Below are positions 22,908-37,000 of a stretch of 64,000 nt of DNA, one piece after another. The stretch spans positions 1,550,001 through 1,614,000 of the forward strand of contig NW_025964353.1 in NCBI RefSeq assembly GCF_023055435.1, read 5' to 3'. The position numbers and the translations under genes are program-made. The DNA is from Haliotis rufescens. Taxonomy: Eukaryota. The notes beneath the pieces were generated by a model. That model did no database searches and was not told where the DNA came from. It was given only the letters and a program-made list of their open reading frames with translations. Positions within the stretch are counted from its first letter, which is position 1. The number at the start of each line of letters is the position of its first letter.

Positions 22908-25900
22908 CTACTGGCTTAGGTCTAACTTTGGCACACTAACAGTCATTGGAATGTCCTTGACTTCTTTGCCCTTGACCCTAGCCAACCATGCTGCTCTCTT
23001 CTTTTTCTCCAGTGTATCCTCTTCCCGCTGTCTCTGATCGCGATGCATGGTCTCAATGTCGTTGATGTACTCTTTTTCTTGTTTGTGTGTGCGGAGCTCA
23101 AATCTGACATGACTTCTCAAAGGATCATTAAATGGACTGACTTTTCCCAGACTAGGCTCACTTGCTGATCGAGGGATTAGCTGTTCCCGGTCCTTCTGTC
23201 TTTGCTTGAACATCTCTATAGTGTCCTTCACCTCTTTGGAATACATGAGCATTGGGACTACATTGGCTGTGTGTTGTGAGGACGACAGCCCACGTGACTT
23301 AGGGCGGTGGACTGGTGCTCCTGGCAGTGCTGTTGCAATGCTGGGAGGGATGGACGTCGAGGTGATGGGGCGGGTCAAATTTGGGGCTGTCACGGGACGC
23401 TGGGACTTGGGTTCTCTGCGAGGTTGATGAGCTGATGTCCTCTGCATTACTGCAGCAGATATTGGTCGGATGACCCTACCTCGGGGCAGTGTTGACTTGA
23501 TCCTCTTAGGATGGATGCTCATGTGTCGAGATGGGTTGATGGGAGTGGATACACAATGAGTTGCGATGGACTCTTTCGGTGGTATTGGTGGAGGCTTTGG
23601 TTGTTCCTTGGTTCGGAGTGAACGCACAGATCTAAGATCCGAGTAGTCAGATATTGTTTCCCCTTGTCCTACAGGAATGAACTGTTCCAGACCAAGTTCT
23701 TCAATAGGTACTTTAGTCCTGGGATCGATCTTTCCAGGGGAGGACGATGGGCGTTGCTTTTGGGTGTAGGGAACAACTTCAATATCTCTCATATTATTCC
23801 GAGTGTTACTGCTTGTTTCACTCGGTTTCATGGAGTTCTGAATTGTATTTACAGTCAAATATATAAAGTCTGGAGGAACTACACTTTCAGCTCTCATTCT
23901 AATTTGAGATCGAAGCAAAGACTTCATTTCAGACAAACTAAAATCTTTTGATTTGTTATTGAGAGGTTTATCAAATGCCCATGAGACTCTGCGATGTATA
24001 ACAGGAGGTTCCGTCGGCACATCGTCTTCATCCATATGGTCTGGCTTCTGCTCTAAAATAGTAACAGTGGGCTGTCCCTTGCCCGACTTGGATGTTCCTG
24101 GCCGGGTCCGAGACTGAGCTGACGACTGAGCTTGAGGTGACAGAGGCGGTTTCTTAAAGGGGCTGTTGGGAGGTGACAGGGTCTGACCATGGTCAGTTTG
24201 AAAGGTGATACGCGATTCAGTGGCAAAACCTGGACCTAACGGTGCCCACTCATGACTCTCCAGACCAGATGTTCCCCTACTGAACTGGATCATCCTCGCC
24301 TCAGACAGAGAGTGAGTACTGAGTGTCTTAGCGCTGTGAGGTATCTGAGGAGCACGAAATGAGGTCTGCATCTGGGGTGTGTACCTCAGTGGCTCATCCA
24401 GCTTGCCATCATGGTTGATGATCTTCTTGTTGGCCGCTCCTGCCACCTTCATCCTCTGGGCCCGGATGTAGGAGTAGGGCTGCTGTCTGACCGGGGAGTC
24501 GGAGTAGGAACTGTACTGCACCATGGAGGGCACCTTGTCTGTCTCCAGGCTGTAGTCCCAGTCAACCTTCTCAAAGTTCAGTACAAGCAGGTTGTTGTGA
24601 GTGTTCAGGGTGATCCTAAAAGCAACAAATTGTTCATGCTAAAGTAAGGGGATGTGACATTGCCTGCATATCATAAGCATCAAATGAAGGCATATATAGG
24701 AAAGCAACCATTGAGGACATGTGTGACCAACCATGAGATGAGGGACCTTATGGGTGAACAATCACATTTTGACTTCTTATTTTATTTTAAAAGTACAGTA
24801 TCGTAGGACCATAAAAATACAATATATTTTTCTGCCCATGACTGTTCATGTAATAATTTCAGTTTTTAGATATAATGTCTGACTAGTTGAAATGTATGCT
24901 GAAATGCTTTGAAAATATGTTTTAATTACATTACAAACTAGTGAGAGAAATATAAGATAATTATTACAGTCCGCACATGTGGTGATTTTTTTATGGAAGT
25001 AAGTGAATGTCAAAGGTCTTTCTTTATGAAGTCACAGCACAATTGTATCCAAGTATCCATAAGGTACCCTTTACTCTGGTGGGTCACATATGTTGGGATC
25101 AAAATGTTGTACTAAGAACCACAGATTACAGATGTTTTAGGAGTTACCAGTTTTATTCAATATTATAAACAGCACTGAAGGAAGAAAACAATACACCTAT
25201 AAATCAATCAGGAGAAACAGTAAAAATAATTCACTAAAGATTTGTAACTTTAATTCATAATGATATCATGAATAATCAAAACCACAAATATGGTCAAATT
25301 CTAATAAGGATAGATGACTAAAATGTATGGTAACAAAAAGCTGCATTGAAATAAAATAAGACTTGATAAAGTGTGCATTTTAATAAATAAACAGAACATA
25401 TATTTATAATTTTCATTTGAAAATTTGTTTTAGGTATTCTGTTGTTCCTAATCAGACTTCTTTAACAGTTACAGGCTGCAGCCTTACCTATCTCCCATAG
25501 CTATGATGGAGTGGATTGGGTCACTGCGACTGTTGCCTCTCATGATGCGACAACACTGACCAGTTCGGATATTCCAGATCCTGAGGCGGCCATCAGCTGA
25601 TCCCGTGATGACACGGAGGTACATGAACTCCAGACAGAGCACCTCTCTGGAAACATGGCAATCAACATTGTTACTTCTGTGTGCAACACATAGGAATACT
25701 TCCAAATTATTTGTCCATGACATTTGTTATTAAGTCTCCATACATTTAGTCTTAAGGTAGAAGCACATTCATTTTAGGAAAAGTCAAATCATTATTGTCA
25801 TCATCATCATGCCATGTTGGAATTTTACACAAAAACATTTTTCTTATATAACATTATTCTAAACATGAGTCTTGATATTAATTCAACACAAACTGACACC

Positions 25901-28900
25901 AACAGTCACAAGACTACAGATATAGATATGTGACAGTATGCATTGCTGATCAGTTGCAATCTGAACTGGATCAAACAAGCCAGAGGTCTGAGGACAGTCC
26001 TAGAAGAGTTATCTCCCTTGTTCCATTGCAGCCAGCCACATGCGAGCATTTGAAGAGTAAAGTGCTGCTTACACACTAAATGGCCAGACCAGACATGTAC
26101 TGCTTCACTCACTTGGGATGTCTGAGAGCTTGTAGACAGCGAGAGTGTTTTCCCAAGGCACTCCATGCCAAGGCATAGCCATCCTTACTGCCTGTGATAA
26201 TATGCCAGCGGTCAAACTTGATGGCTGTCACTGGGCCCTGGTGGCCTGATAATCTCTGGGATAAAAAAAAGTACACTTCAGTTCATATTTTCTTGGGTTG
26301 AATTTGAACACCAAGATAGATTTGGCCACCTGCTGCTAGGATCTGCTGGATCATAGTGAGCTTAATTTCCAGATCTCATCCAGTTATTTTCCTTGATGCT
26401 TGGCACCCTACCTGTGCTTATAAGTTTCACGAAATTGAGAAACAGCGAGTTTATTCATGAATAAATTTTTAATGTGAAGATTACTTGATACATTGTGTAT
26501 ACAGCTTTTCCATTGGACAAAAGGTTGGTCATATGACCCCCAAATTGACATTCATAAGTGGTATGAACGACACAAATTGAAGTTCATAAGTTTTTCACAA
26601 GAAAAATTCTTCAATTGACGTAAACACTGACAGATAACTTACACATTCCTGGGGGAACTACTGGAAATTCCCAAGCACGAATACATATACAGAAGAATTG
26701 TTTCTGATCATTTAGACCCTTTAATCTTGAACTCAGTGTTTTAGCATACTCAGAGTTTGACTGCATGATTGTTTATGAATGTCCTCGCTACGACCCATCC
26801 TGGTGAACAAAACATAGAAATACACATCTTAAGTTTACTATTGTAGTATCGACTCGATCGGTGTGTAGACTGACAATGACAAGTACCTTAGTATCTATTT
26901 GACACATCTTTATAATCACCTTTCAATTACTGGCCAATTGACCAATGATGACTAACATATGTAACCGCCACAGGTTCATTAACAACTTCGGAAATCTCTC
27001 CCGTCATGTTCATCTTGTTGGCCATTTTGACGTCTTATACTTGATGTTTTTTGGTATGGTTTGTTGTTTAACACCACACTCAGCAATATTCCAGCTATAT
27101 GACGGCGGTCTGTAAATAATGGAGTCTGGACCGGACAATCCAGTGATTAATATCATGAGCATTGATCCACGCAATTGGGATCGATGACATGCATCAACCA
27201 AGTCAGCGAGCCTGACCACCCGATCCCGTTAGTCGCCTTTTACGACAAGCATAGTCATCTTTTACGGCAAGCATGGGTTGCTGAAGACCTATTCTATCCC
27301 GGAATCTTCACGGGGTTTATACTTGATGTAAACGTATTACAATGCGCTGTCATTATGACAGACTTACTGAGGTAGTTCTTAACAGACATTTCTCACCCAA
27401 TGATGATATTATGTGAATACATTTGTTGTAAACAAACAACAACATTTTCCTGTAAAGCATGTTGAGCATACATACGCTCATGTCACCTCTCTTTTTGAGG
27501 AACTTTTTTTTCGCAATACAGCTGGTTGTTGTTTAGCTGTCGGTGTAAACATGAAGTCACACATGCTAAATTAAATTGTGTATAGATCTAGGCGTACATC
27601 CTTCGAGCTAAAAAATGTGATACCAAAAATTATTAGAATTGACTTTCAATTTGTGTGAGCTCACTGGAGTATGAACCTTCATATAGTAAGGGCCAAACAT
27701 TGTATGAACAACGTAGCCACAAGTCTGTACCCCAAGTCTAGTAAAATGTCATTTGGTCAAGTAAGCTTTGTTAATAATGGTCAATATATTAACGCTAAAG
27801 ATCTACAGAAAATGATATCAAGAGACACGTTCAGGCTTGTAGACACACAAGTTATGGGCACAGATTGTAATGAAACACATTTGCCCACATCTTAATTAGG
27901 AAATATACACACCATCAACATCTGGTTTAGAATTGGCCTTCAACTATCCATGCTTGTCAACAGAGGCAACTAAAGAGATCAGGTGGTCAGGCTGGCTGAC
28001 TTGGTTAATGCATGTCAAACAACCAATTGACTATCATGATATCAATCACTGGATTGTCTAGCCCAGACTTGACTATTTACAGACTGACTTCATATAGCTG
28101 GAATATTGCTGGGTAGGCGTTAAACAACAAACAAGAAACTATACACTGGACCAACATCAGCACGATGCTTCTACTTCTACTACAATAATACACTGCAGCT
28201 TCAATTCTCAAGCTGGTATAGCTTCTCACCTTAATGAGTTCCCCTGACTCGACATTCCACACTTTAACTCTGCCTGACTCACACCCTGAGATACAACGAT
28301 CCTTAGACAGCGCTACAGCTAGAACAGGGTGGCGGTGGCGGAAGGTTCGCAAACATTTTCCTGTCTGTAGGTTCCATACTGAAAGGAACAGATTTTTAAA
28401 CACATTACACATTATCTTCTTGATTCTTGATTCATTACATAAAAATACTATCATGTTCTCCGAAAAATATATGATATAAGGTAAGATTTAGGTGTGAAGT
28501 GGTAAGAAAATAACATGTTGATTTATAAACCTTTAAGTTGGTATAGCAAATATTGGGATTTATTATTTGAGATATTTTGAAAATAATCCTTAACCTGAGC
28601 TTTAGAGTTTCAGTTATTAAGTCTATTAAGTAATTATATTTAATACCAGTGTGAAAATTCATTAATTCGATCATTTTCAAAGTTGAAATTGAATGAAAGT
28701 GGATTAAGAGGTATGGCTGACAGGGTGGCCCAAGATTTCTTTCATTGTAATCCCCCAAATATTGTATGAGATGATGTGCAAATTAATTATGTTAGGAATT
28801 GTTTTGAATCTGTTATTTCAGATTCAAAAATGATTTTGGTCATTTTATTACTCATTCTAATACTGACCCTTGCAGGAGGAATCTTTGGACCCCGTTGCTA

Positions 28901-31900
28901 GAGTCTCTCCATGTACAATAATTGTCACAACAGTGTCTCGGTGACCTCGGAATATCTTTAGACACTGCCCAGTTTCAATAGACCAGCACCTGAAAACAAA
29001 AGCTACTTCAGCAAAACAAAACACTAATTAAAAGAACCGTATTCATCTTATTTAAAAATCCATCCATCTTGGCTACAAGTATTTTAGGAAAGCTATTGTA
29101 ATATTGGAAAAGTAATATTGTTCATGGAAATTATGTAAAACATAATTTTTAAAGTACTCCGTTCTGACTAGAGATGGTGTGCACAAGAAACTAGCACATA
29201 TTAAGTTGATTGATCATTTTGGCGGGAGTGAGGTTATTGGGTATCAATCAATATATTATACTGAAATAAATTATTGATAATGGCAGCGCATAATGAATGT
29301 GACTGCAATCCATCATAAATACAGAGCAATGGCAAAGAGACACGTAATGATTAAGCCCTTCAACAAAACCTGCTATATGAGATTTATATATTGTACTTTC
29401 TGGAAAACACCCATTTCTGAATTTATCTAACTCTCCATAATTTTTCAACAGTGAACTCTTGAAAATGCCCAATACTTAGATTTTGATCAATGAGAATTAT
29501 GCTCAAGTCCATGTCAAACTGAATTCAAGTCTGTCCTGCATAAAATGGTTGAACAAAACAATTTTCATGTTTTTAATAAAAATAACCAATTGTGGATGAA
29601 TAGCTTATTGGATTGATTCAGAAACCTATTTATCGTGAACCCGTGAAGATATGGGGTTAGAATAGGTCTTCAGCAACCCTATTATACTTGCTGCAAAAGG
29701 TGACTATGCTTATCGGAAGAGACAACAATTGGGATTGGGTGGTCAGACTCGCTGACTTGGTAGATGCTTCTCATCGTATCCCAATTGAGTGGATTGATGC
29801 TCATAATATCAATCACTGGATCGTCTGGGCCAGACTCGATTATTTATAGACTGCCGTCATAGAGCTAACTGAACTGACATTATATGACTATAAAACTATA
29901 CTAAAGTGTAAAGATCTGAAAACATTGTTGTGGTAAGACTCCACAGTTCCACAAGGCACAACTCACTACATCTCTACTACCTACCTGACACTGGTGTCGT
30001 AGCTTCCACTCAGCACGATGCCCTTCTTCTCACAGAGGTAGGTACAACGGACGGATCCAGCATGACCTGTGATCACTGGCCCCTTCTCTTTCCCAGACTC
30101 ACAGTCAATGAAGCGAACCTTGCGGTCCTTGGACCCCAGGGCTATTGTCTGTCCTCCATCAGTGTGCATCACTCGGTGGATGTCCTCCCTGAAGGAACGA
30201 ACCATGGCATCATTAAACAAGGTTCATGTCCTATAGATCTCAGGTAGAGGGGAAACAAGACACATCATGATACTTCATGCCATGATAGCGGAAAAGCTGT
30301 GTCAAAACAAAATGTTACAAGTATATATTAGGGTGACCTAAAAAATTATATAAAAATGAAATGTAAAATACTCATTTTGAGAATTTACAAAAGATCTCAA
30401 TCCATTGTCATGTTTAACTTAACATGTTTCTTCGGGGCATCTATTTATTCCCCTTAATGACTAAATACTGCTACTTAACATAACAAGTGTCAGGACATTC
30501 CTCACCAAGTATGACAGACATGCATCGTATCGTGACAGTCTATATAACTACAGCCCTACGTATTGGTCGCCTAGTTCTTTAACAGCAGAGCTGTCTATGT
30601 ACACATAACCGTAAGTGACAAGCACCTTGTCCAGGAAAACACCAGTTATGTGGCTAATGGGGTGATTAAACATGCTAATGCTGTAGCTGTCAACCAAAAG
30701 CCCTGAAATAACTCAGATTAGATCTGATGTGGAGAAAATGTTCAAAGTTCACCCTAAACTTACTTCCTTCAACAATAACTATACCAAAGGAGTTATATGA
30801 GATATATATCACCCCATGTTACGGAAATATGTTTTGACCCTTGCAAAACTAGACCCTGATAATGAGTAACCTACTGGTCGCAGATCACCATGACGTTGTA
30901 GGCTCCACAGTAGACATTCCTCTCCTCCATGATGACCTTCATGGTGGCCAGGCCGCTGTACGCGGTGTTGAAGTTGATCTCACTCTTGAACATCGTCTTG
31001 ATGACAGCACCATCAGTGAGGATGACATCGTTGGTGTCGGTGTCAATCCGGGGAACTATCACATCCACATCATTGGCATAGACGGAGTTCACGCCTTGTG
31101 CTGCTGCTCCCTGAAAACAGGAGGACACTCAGAAATACCTCAGGGCTGAACCAGCGGCCTGATGGCAAAGATAGCTATAACCACACACTAGCCAAGCCAT
31201 ATTTGATCAAATATCTACTTACTGTCAAAATAAGCTACAACTCAGTATTGTTTACATATTACATGATTTCTTCTTTTTCCTAAATGTGCTGCACTGGGTT
31301 ACAATACCACAGGGGCACGGGTGGCCCAGTCGTCTAAGGCGCCGCGATTCGCTGTGCAGAGTTGCGTCCCTTGGGCACGCTAGAAACCTATGATTGTGGG
31401 TTCGAATCCTTGTTCGCCCTGATTATGTTTCTAGGTTGTCAGCACCATACCCATGCTTGTGGGTTTCACCGAAGTGGTAAACGTCCGAGACCTGCATCAC
31501 TTCGGGCTTTCCTCCCACATTAAGCTTACACGCCGCGATATAACTGGAATACTGTTAAAAGCGTCGTTAAACCCAACTCACTCACTCACTACAATACCAC
31601 AACATCAAGTCAACTTATCTGCAGTTCTTTTCAGACTAGTGGTTTATATAACCTAATTTGAGTTGGGGGGAAAGCATCAAGTCCTTTTCACTAGTCTCTA
31701 ACCTTACTCCACTGACCACTACTGTGTGGCAAGTAGGGCCATAATGACTCATGGTTACGGTGAATCGAACTGTATCCATTCAGGAACTGAATTCGTTATT
31801 CGTGGCCACTAGAATTGAATATTTATGAATATGCAATCATGTGCATTCACATACCCTGTACCTAAAAACATCCATTAGAACATATGATATGCATAGATTT

Positions 31901-33974
31901 CTTCAATGAAAACACTACTATCATATTTAATTTGACAGGAATTTGGTCACTGGTCTGTAGCATTTGAGCAGATACTAGTACCTGGATAAGTGCAGTATAA
32001 GTGTATAATATATTAATAATTAACAAACCATGTCAAATGATTTATGTTGTTAATGTTTCACAGAATATGACAAATATTACCAGCACATCAACTGCTGACT
32101 AGTTATTGTATATGTGAATTAATATTTGTATTCATTACCCTATATTCGTGATACGAATCGTATTTGCCTCATAGTGTATTCATTGCAGCCCTAGTGGCAT
32201 GTAATATTCTCAAACTGACATACTCAATTTGATAGTTCATATATGTTGTCAAAACACAAGACTGTAATTTATGTTTCATATTCTTTTCTAAACTTACAAA
32301 CTGTATAGGTGTTATTTAAAAGACAAAAATACTGCACAGCAATAGAACTTAAAGGTTTAGTCCACTAGTCCTCATAATGATAACATAATTATAGCAAAGC
32401 CCTTTAAAAGGGCAAATTTCTATAAGTCTTTATGATACCTTAATGATTGGGCAGTTTGGCAAGGACTATAAGACTAGTGCCAATTTCAAATTAAAACTCA
32501 TTAAAACTTTTAATAATTGTTTGTTATTGTATATATGTACAAGTACATTCTATAATAAGTAACTGAACTGACTGGTTTATCATCACGTTTCAGTTCAGTG
32601 ATAGCACACGACAGATAAGACACTAGCAGCGTCAATAGCAACACCATGCTTAGTCATCCTACACCACAAACACCAACACCGTAATTCACATTTTATCACC
32701 TAGTGTGTCAGCTTGTATGAATATTGACAATCTTTTGATTGCATCTGAATTCTATGGGCGACCACTGCATAGAAACAGTATCATGTACAGAGCCTGTCAA
32801 GCAGCCCATGCAAGGAGGAATTAGTCCCACAATACAGTGTGATACACCCTGATAGTCCTGTGATGTCAGGTATCAGGCCAGTGTGAGCAGGGATCTCGTT
32901 TAAATCTAGGCTGTGGAAGGACTGCAATAATCCATTATACATTTGACAATGTCATTTAGCTCAATATGGGTTGAAGTCAGGTCAATGCTGGATAAGGCCA
33001 GTCAACAGACTTCAGTCCACCGGCTTGCTGCCACACTCATCATCTGTATCTGCTATTACCTTGGGAGTTGAAGATACCTGATACTGTAGTGTTGTATAAA
33101 GCAGATCAATATAATGACTATTTGATTACGTCAGGAATTGACTTTCTGTACCAGCATGGCAAAATCAATGGTGGGAAAACAGTTAGTGATCTTTCCATGA
33201 GAACACTTGACATACAAAACTTGGCAACAACTTATCTAAACAACACATTCTGAAGAATGGTTTATTGTTTTATTAATGTACTGGTGACACTGTTAACATG
33301 GTAAAACTGGCATGTTCATTACTTTTTTCATCATAGCTTACACGTATATATCACCAATCCTGACATTTTTATTTAAAGAAACTTTATTCAAAGCCCATTA
33401 ATGTATCCTTGATTAGACATAAATTTAAGATTTGAAGTATTTTCAAAGAGTTGAGTCAGAGTTGAATGTTATTCATTAGTTTTGTAAGTCACTGTATTCT
33501 ACTAAATGTGGTAAGTGCTTCTTTAAAGGATGCCTATTCATTCAAACATCCATTAAAGCCTGTGACAGCTCAAACATTTGAGTCTACAAGCTTCAACTTG
33601 TCTTTCAGTAGGTTTAAGTAATTACTGAATGTGTGGACCATTGTCAGCTGTGTCTACTTTACTGAAAGAAATTGGGCTGTAATTACACATGCAGTGTTAC
33701 AAATTAGGGAGGAACCCATGACGTCCTTCTCATTGGTGCTATGTAGAATAGACAGTTTAGGGGTCAATAAAATACAACCCAAATCCTTCAGGACCCTGCA
33801 ACACACACAATATATGAGACAAAAGTATGCCATTATTGATTGATTGATTGATTGATCGATTACGCTTGATTGATTGATTGATTGATTGACAAACTGGCTG
33901 GTTATTAATGATTCATTGATATAAAACAATACAAATAGGTTGGCTAAGGATAGTTGGTTACGGCTGGTTGGTTG

Positions 33975-34006
<32 letters not shown>

Positions 34007-37000
34007 AACTCACATCAGCAATATTTCAGTCAGAATGTGACTAAAGTATATAATATGAGTTATGATATAACGAAAAAGTTTTCAAAGGACAGTGCAATAA
34101 CCAGTATATATATATATACTGGCCCAATATATATATATATACTGGCCCAATATATGTATATATATGCATATATATATTAGATATTATGTACTTTTAAACA
34201 AACACATCTGATATGATGGTCAACAGTAATAGCCATGCATTTTCTATGGCAATACAAGTAGTTATGATCATCACAAAAACATGAGATATGTGTCAGATCA
34301 GCCTCTATTTTACCCCCAGTAAATACTGCCACAGCCCTGCCACGCCCAAACCGCTACCCCTGCCTACTTATCTGTTACTTGTGAAACAGTTTGACAGAGA
34401 TGAAACATTATTCCATTATTGATGTAATTAAGAACCAAGTGTGTCCCTGTCCTGGCAAGTGCTTGCATGACAAACAGCCCGCAGGTTGTGTTCAGTGAGC
34501 GGAAGACTGCACCTGCGTTGAGTGTGCTATCAGGAGGAACGTGACACCTGCAATGGCGGCCTTATCGGTACACACCCCTACACGCCAACACATTCATATG
34601 TTACTTCTGGGTACAGTTACATCAAGAATGTACATGGGTAAAGTCATTGAAATGACTTTGGTGTTTCAGAAACTCTGGTTTGAAGGTCATGAGAATCATG
34701 AAAATAACAGACACAAACACCATGAACAGTTCACAGTGTAAATATGTCGGACTCAGATTTATGGTGGGACAGACTCTCATTGTTATGTGACGTCATGTTT
34801 GCAATGATGTCTTATTCATGAATGGACAATCAGTTCAGTTGTTGTATGATGTCATTCTTGAGACGACGTCACGACTCCTTGCCTGTGATGATGTCATGTA
34901 AGTTTAACGTCTATTACAGAAAGATACAGCGATCAGTCGAAAATGAGGGTGCTGAACATCATAGAAAATGAAGGTTTTCTTATGGCAGATTCATGCAGGC
35001 AGAGGAAGAAACCAGTATCGAAAGACCCTAATGCCAAATCCTTTTCAAATGATTTTTCAAAATACAAGAAGTTCCTTGTGTAAATGCTCTTAGTCTGAAG
35101 TGGGGAAGTGTGCAAATATTCAGGATTTTATCAACTCCGTCAAATGAGAGGATGGTGCAGAAGGTCTTATAAATTTATTTCTACGATGAAACTTTCGGAA
35201 ATGTTTAAAAGAAAAGTACTGATATGCATTACCTGCACCGATGATGCTGTTCCAAAGGGGAAATGATTAAAATAATCAAAAGAAATCACAACATTAATCA
35301 TCAAAAGTTTGCCCTTAAATGAATCTATACGATGAATAACGCTATAACAATTGACAATTATTAATACTATATGATAATCTGTCATAGATCTGGATATGCG
35401 CAACAGATCAGAGTCCTACCATGGATCTGAGTCCTACAAATATATAAATAAAGATTGTTAGACAGATGTGAGAAATGCATTAAAATAAACACATATGGAT
35501 GTCATTGTGAGCACTTCCCTACATTTTAGCACATCATAATATTGTCAATATGTGCGGCATAGGTTTTTATCAGTACCTGTAGTATTATGTCAGAACAATC
35601 ATTAGTGCATGAGTGAGTGATTCAGGTTTAATGTCCCATATGTATTTTATTATTTTCCTGATATAAAGATTGTGTCAACCCAATCCGACAACAAAGCACA
35701 AAGTTTCCATTTTTCTTGAAACCCTCTTATAATAGAATTAGATACAATTTAAAGTGAATGAGCAATCCAGCGTTTTACTCACAGAGTCAACATAAAACAC
35801 TGTGACAGCTGAGAGCCACTAAACTAGTCCAGTGTCATATATATACTTTAAGAATCTTGATCAAAATGCTTATTATGCCATAATGATCCAGCTAATCCTC
35901 AGCCCAGATTGTACACATAAGAACACTGTAACTGCCTGCTGGGTAACCTGTATAAGCCTGCACAAAGCCACAATTATTCACAATCCATGTAATCCTATGA
36001 TTTAAATTCTTCCCATGAACATATGGAATAAATAGCCTTAGTCAGTAGCCACACAAGAGGTGGTGAGGGATATTAAATCCACTTGACATTTTCTGTGTGG
36101 GTGAGTTCTACCTTGATCAATATAACGAGCCTGCATAATTTCCCTCATAATCCAAACAGGATTTGCTGTTTATTTCAGGGCTGCTGTTGTTCCTAAGAAA
36201 CCAGTGCTTAGGGATTAGTCGAGCCTGATAACATTCACTTCAGGTAATCCTGGCATCAATTAGCCATGGATGCTGACTATCTGATATGGATTACTCCATT
36301 AGTACTACCTGATGTGACTTACAATTAGTTTCTTAAACAAGACACTAATGATTTCTAACAAAGTATGCATCATCGAAAACATATTAATCACATAAGAAAT
36401 CCTCTGGAGCCTTTCCACCACATATTCAAAAGTAATTTATTTCAAGATTAGAAAATAATATCCTTATTCAATTGCCATTGAAAAAGGGATAAAAAGGTTC
36501 TATTGCAATCTCAATGCTCTTATCAAATGTGGATTGACAACAGTATGAAAGACTGCTATGAACCAACCTGAACTTTCAATATATAGTGGACAATACAACC
36601 AAGGCTATATATTCGGAGCAAAATAGATTCATATCAGCATGATCAGTTGCAATTACTGTTTAGCTCATAAGAAATCCATGAATAAAACAAACAAAACCAC
36701 ATATAGGATCTTAATACAATAGTACCTTCATAAAGAGAGCTTATTAGGTTCATTTTATTCAATTTATCAAAAACCATTTCATCAGAATTATTACAAGCAT
36801 AGCGGTCTTTTGTTACCAAAATTATTAGTAAAGTTCTAAGAACACCAGTGAATTATTTGTGCTGCTGAGAAAGTAATACTTGTCAATTCAGTTCTGATTT
36901 ATGGGACGCCATGACAAGCCCACTGTAAAGACATTATAAAGCCCTTCAGCTGCTCTTTTCCCTGGGACACAAATAATACCTCTGCACACAAAATGGCTTT

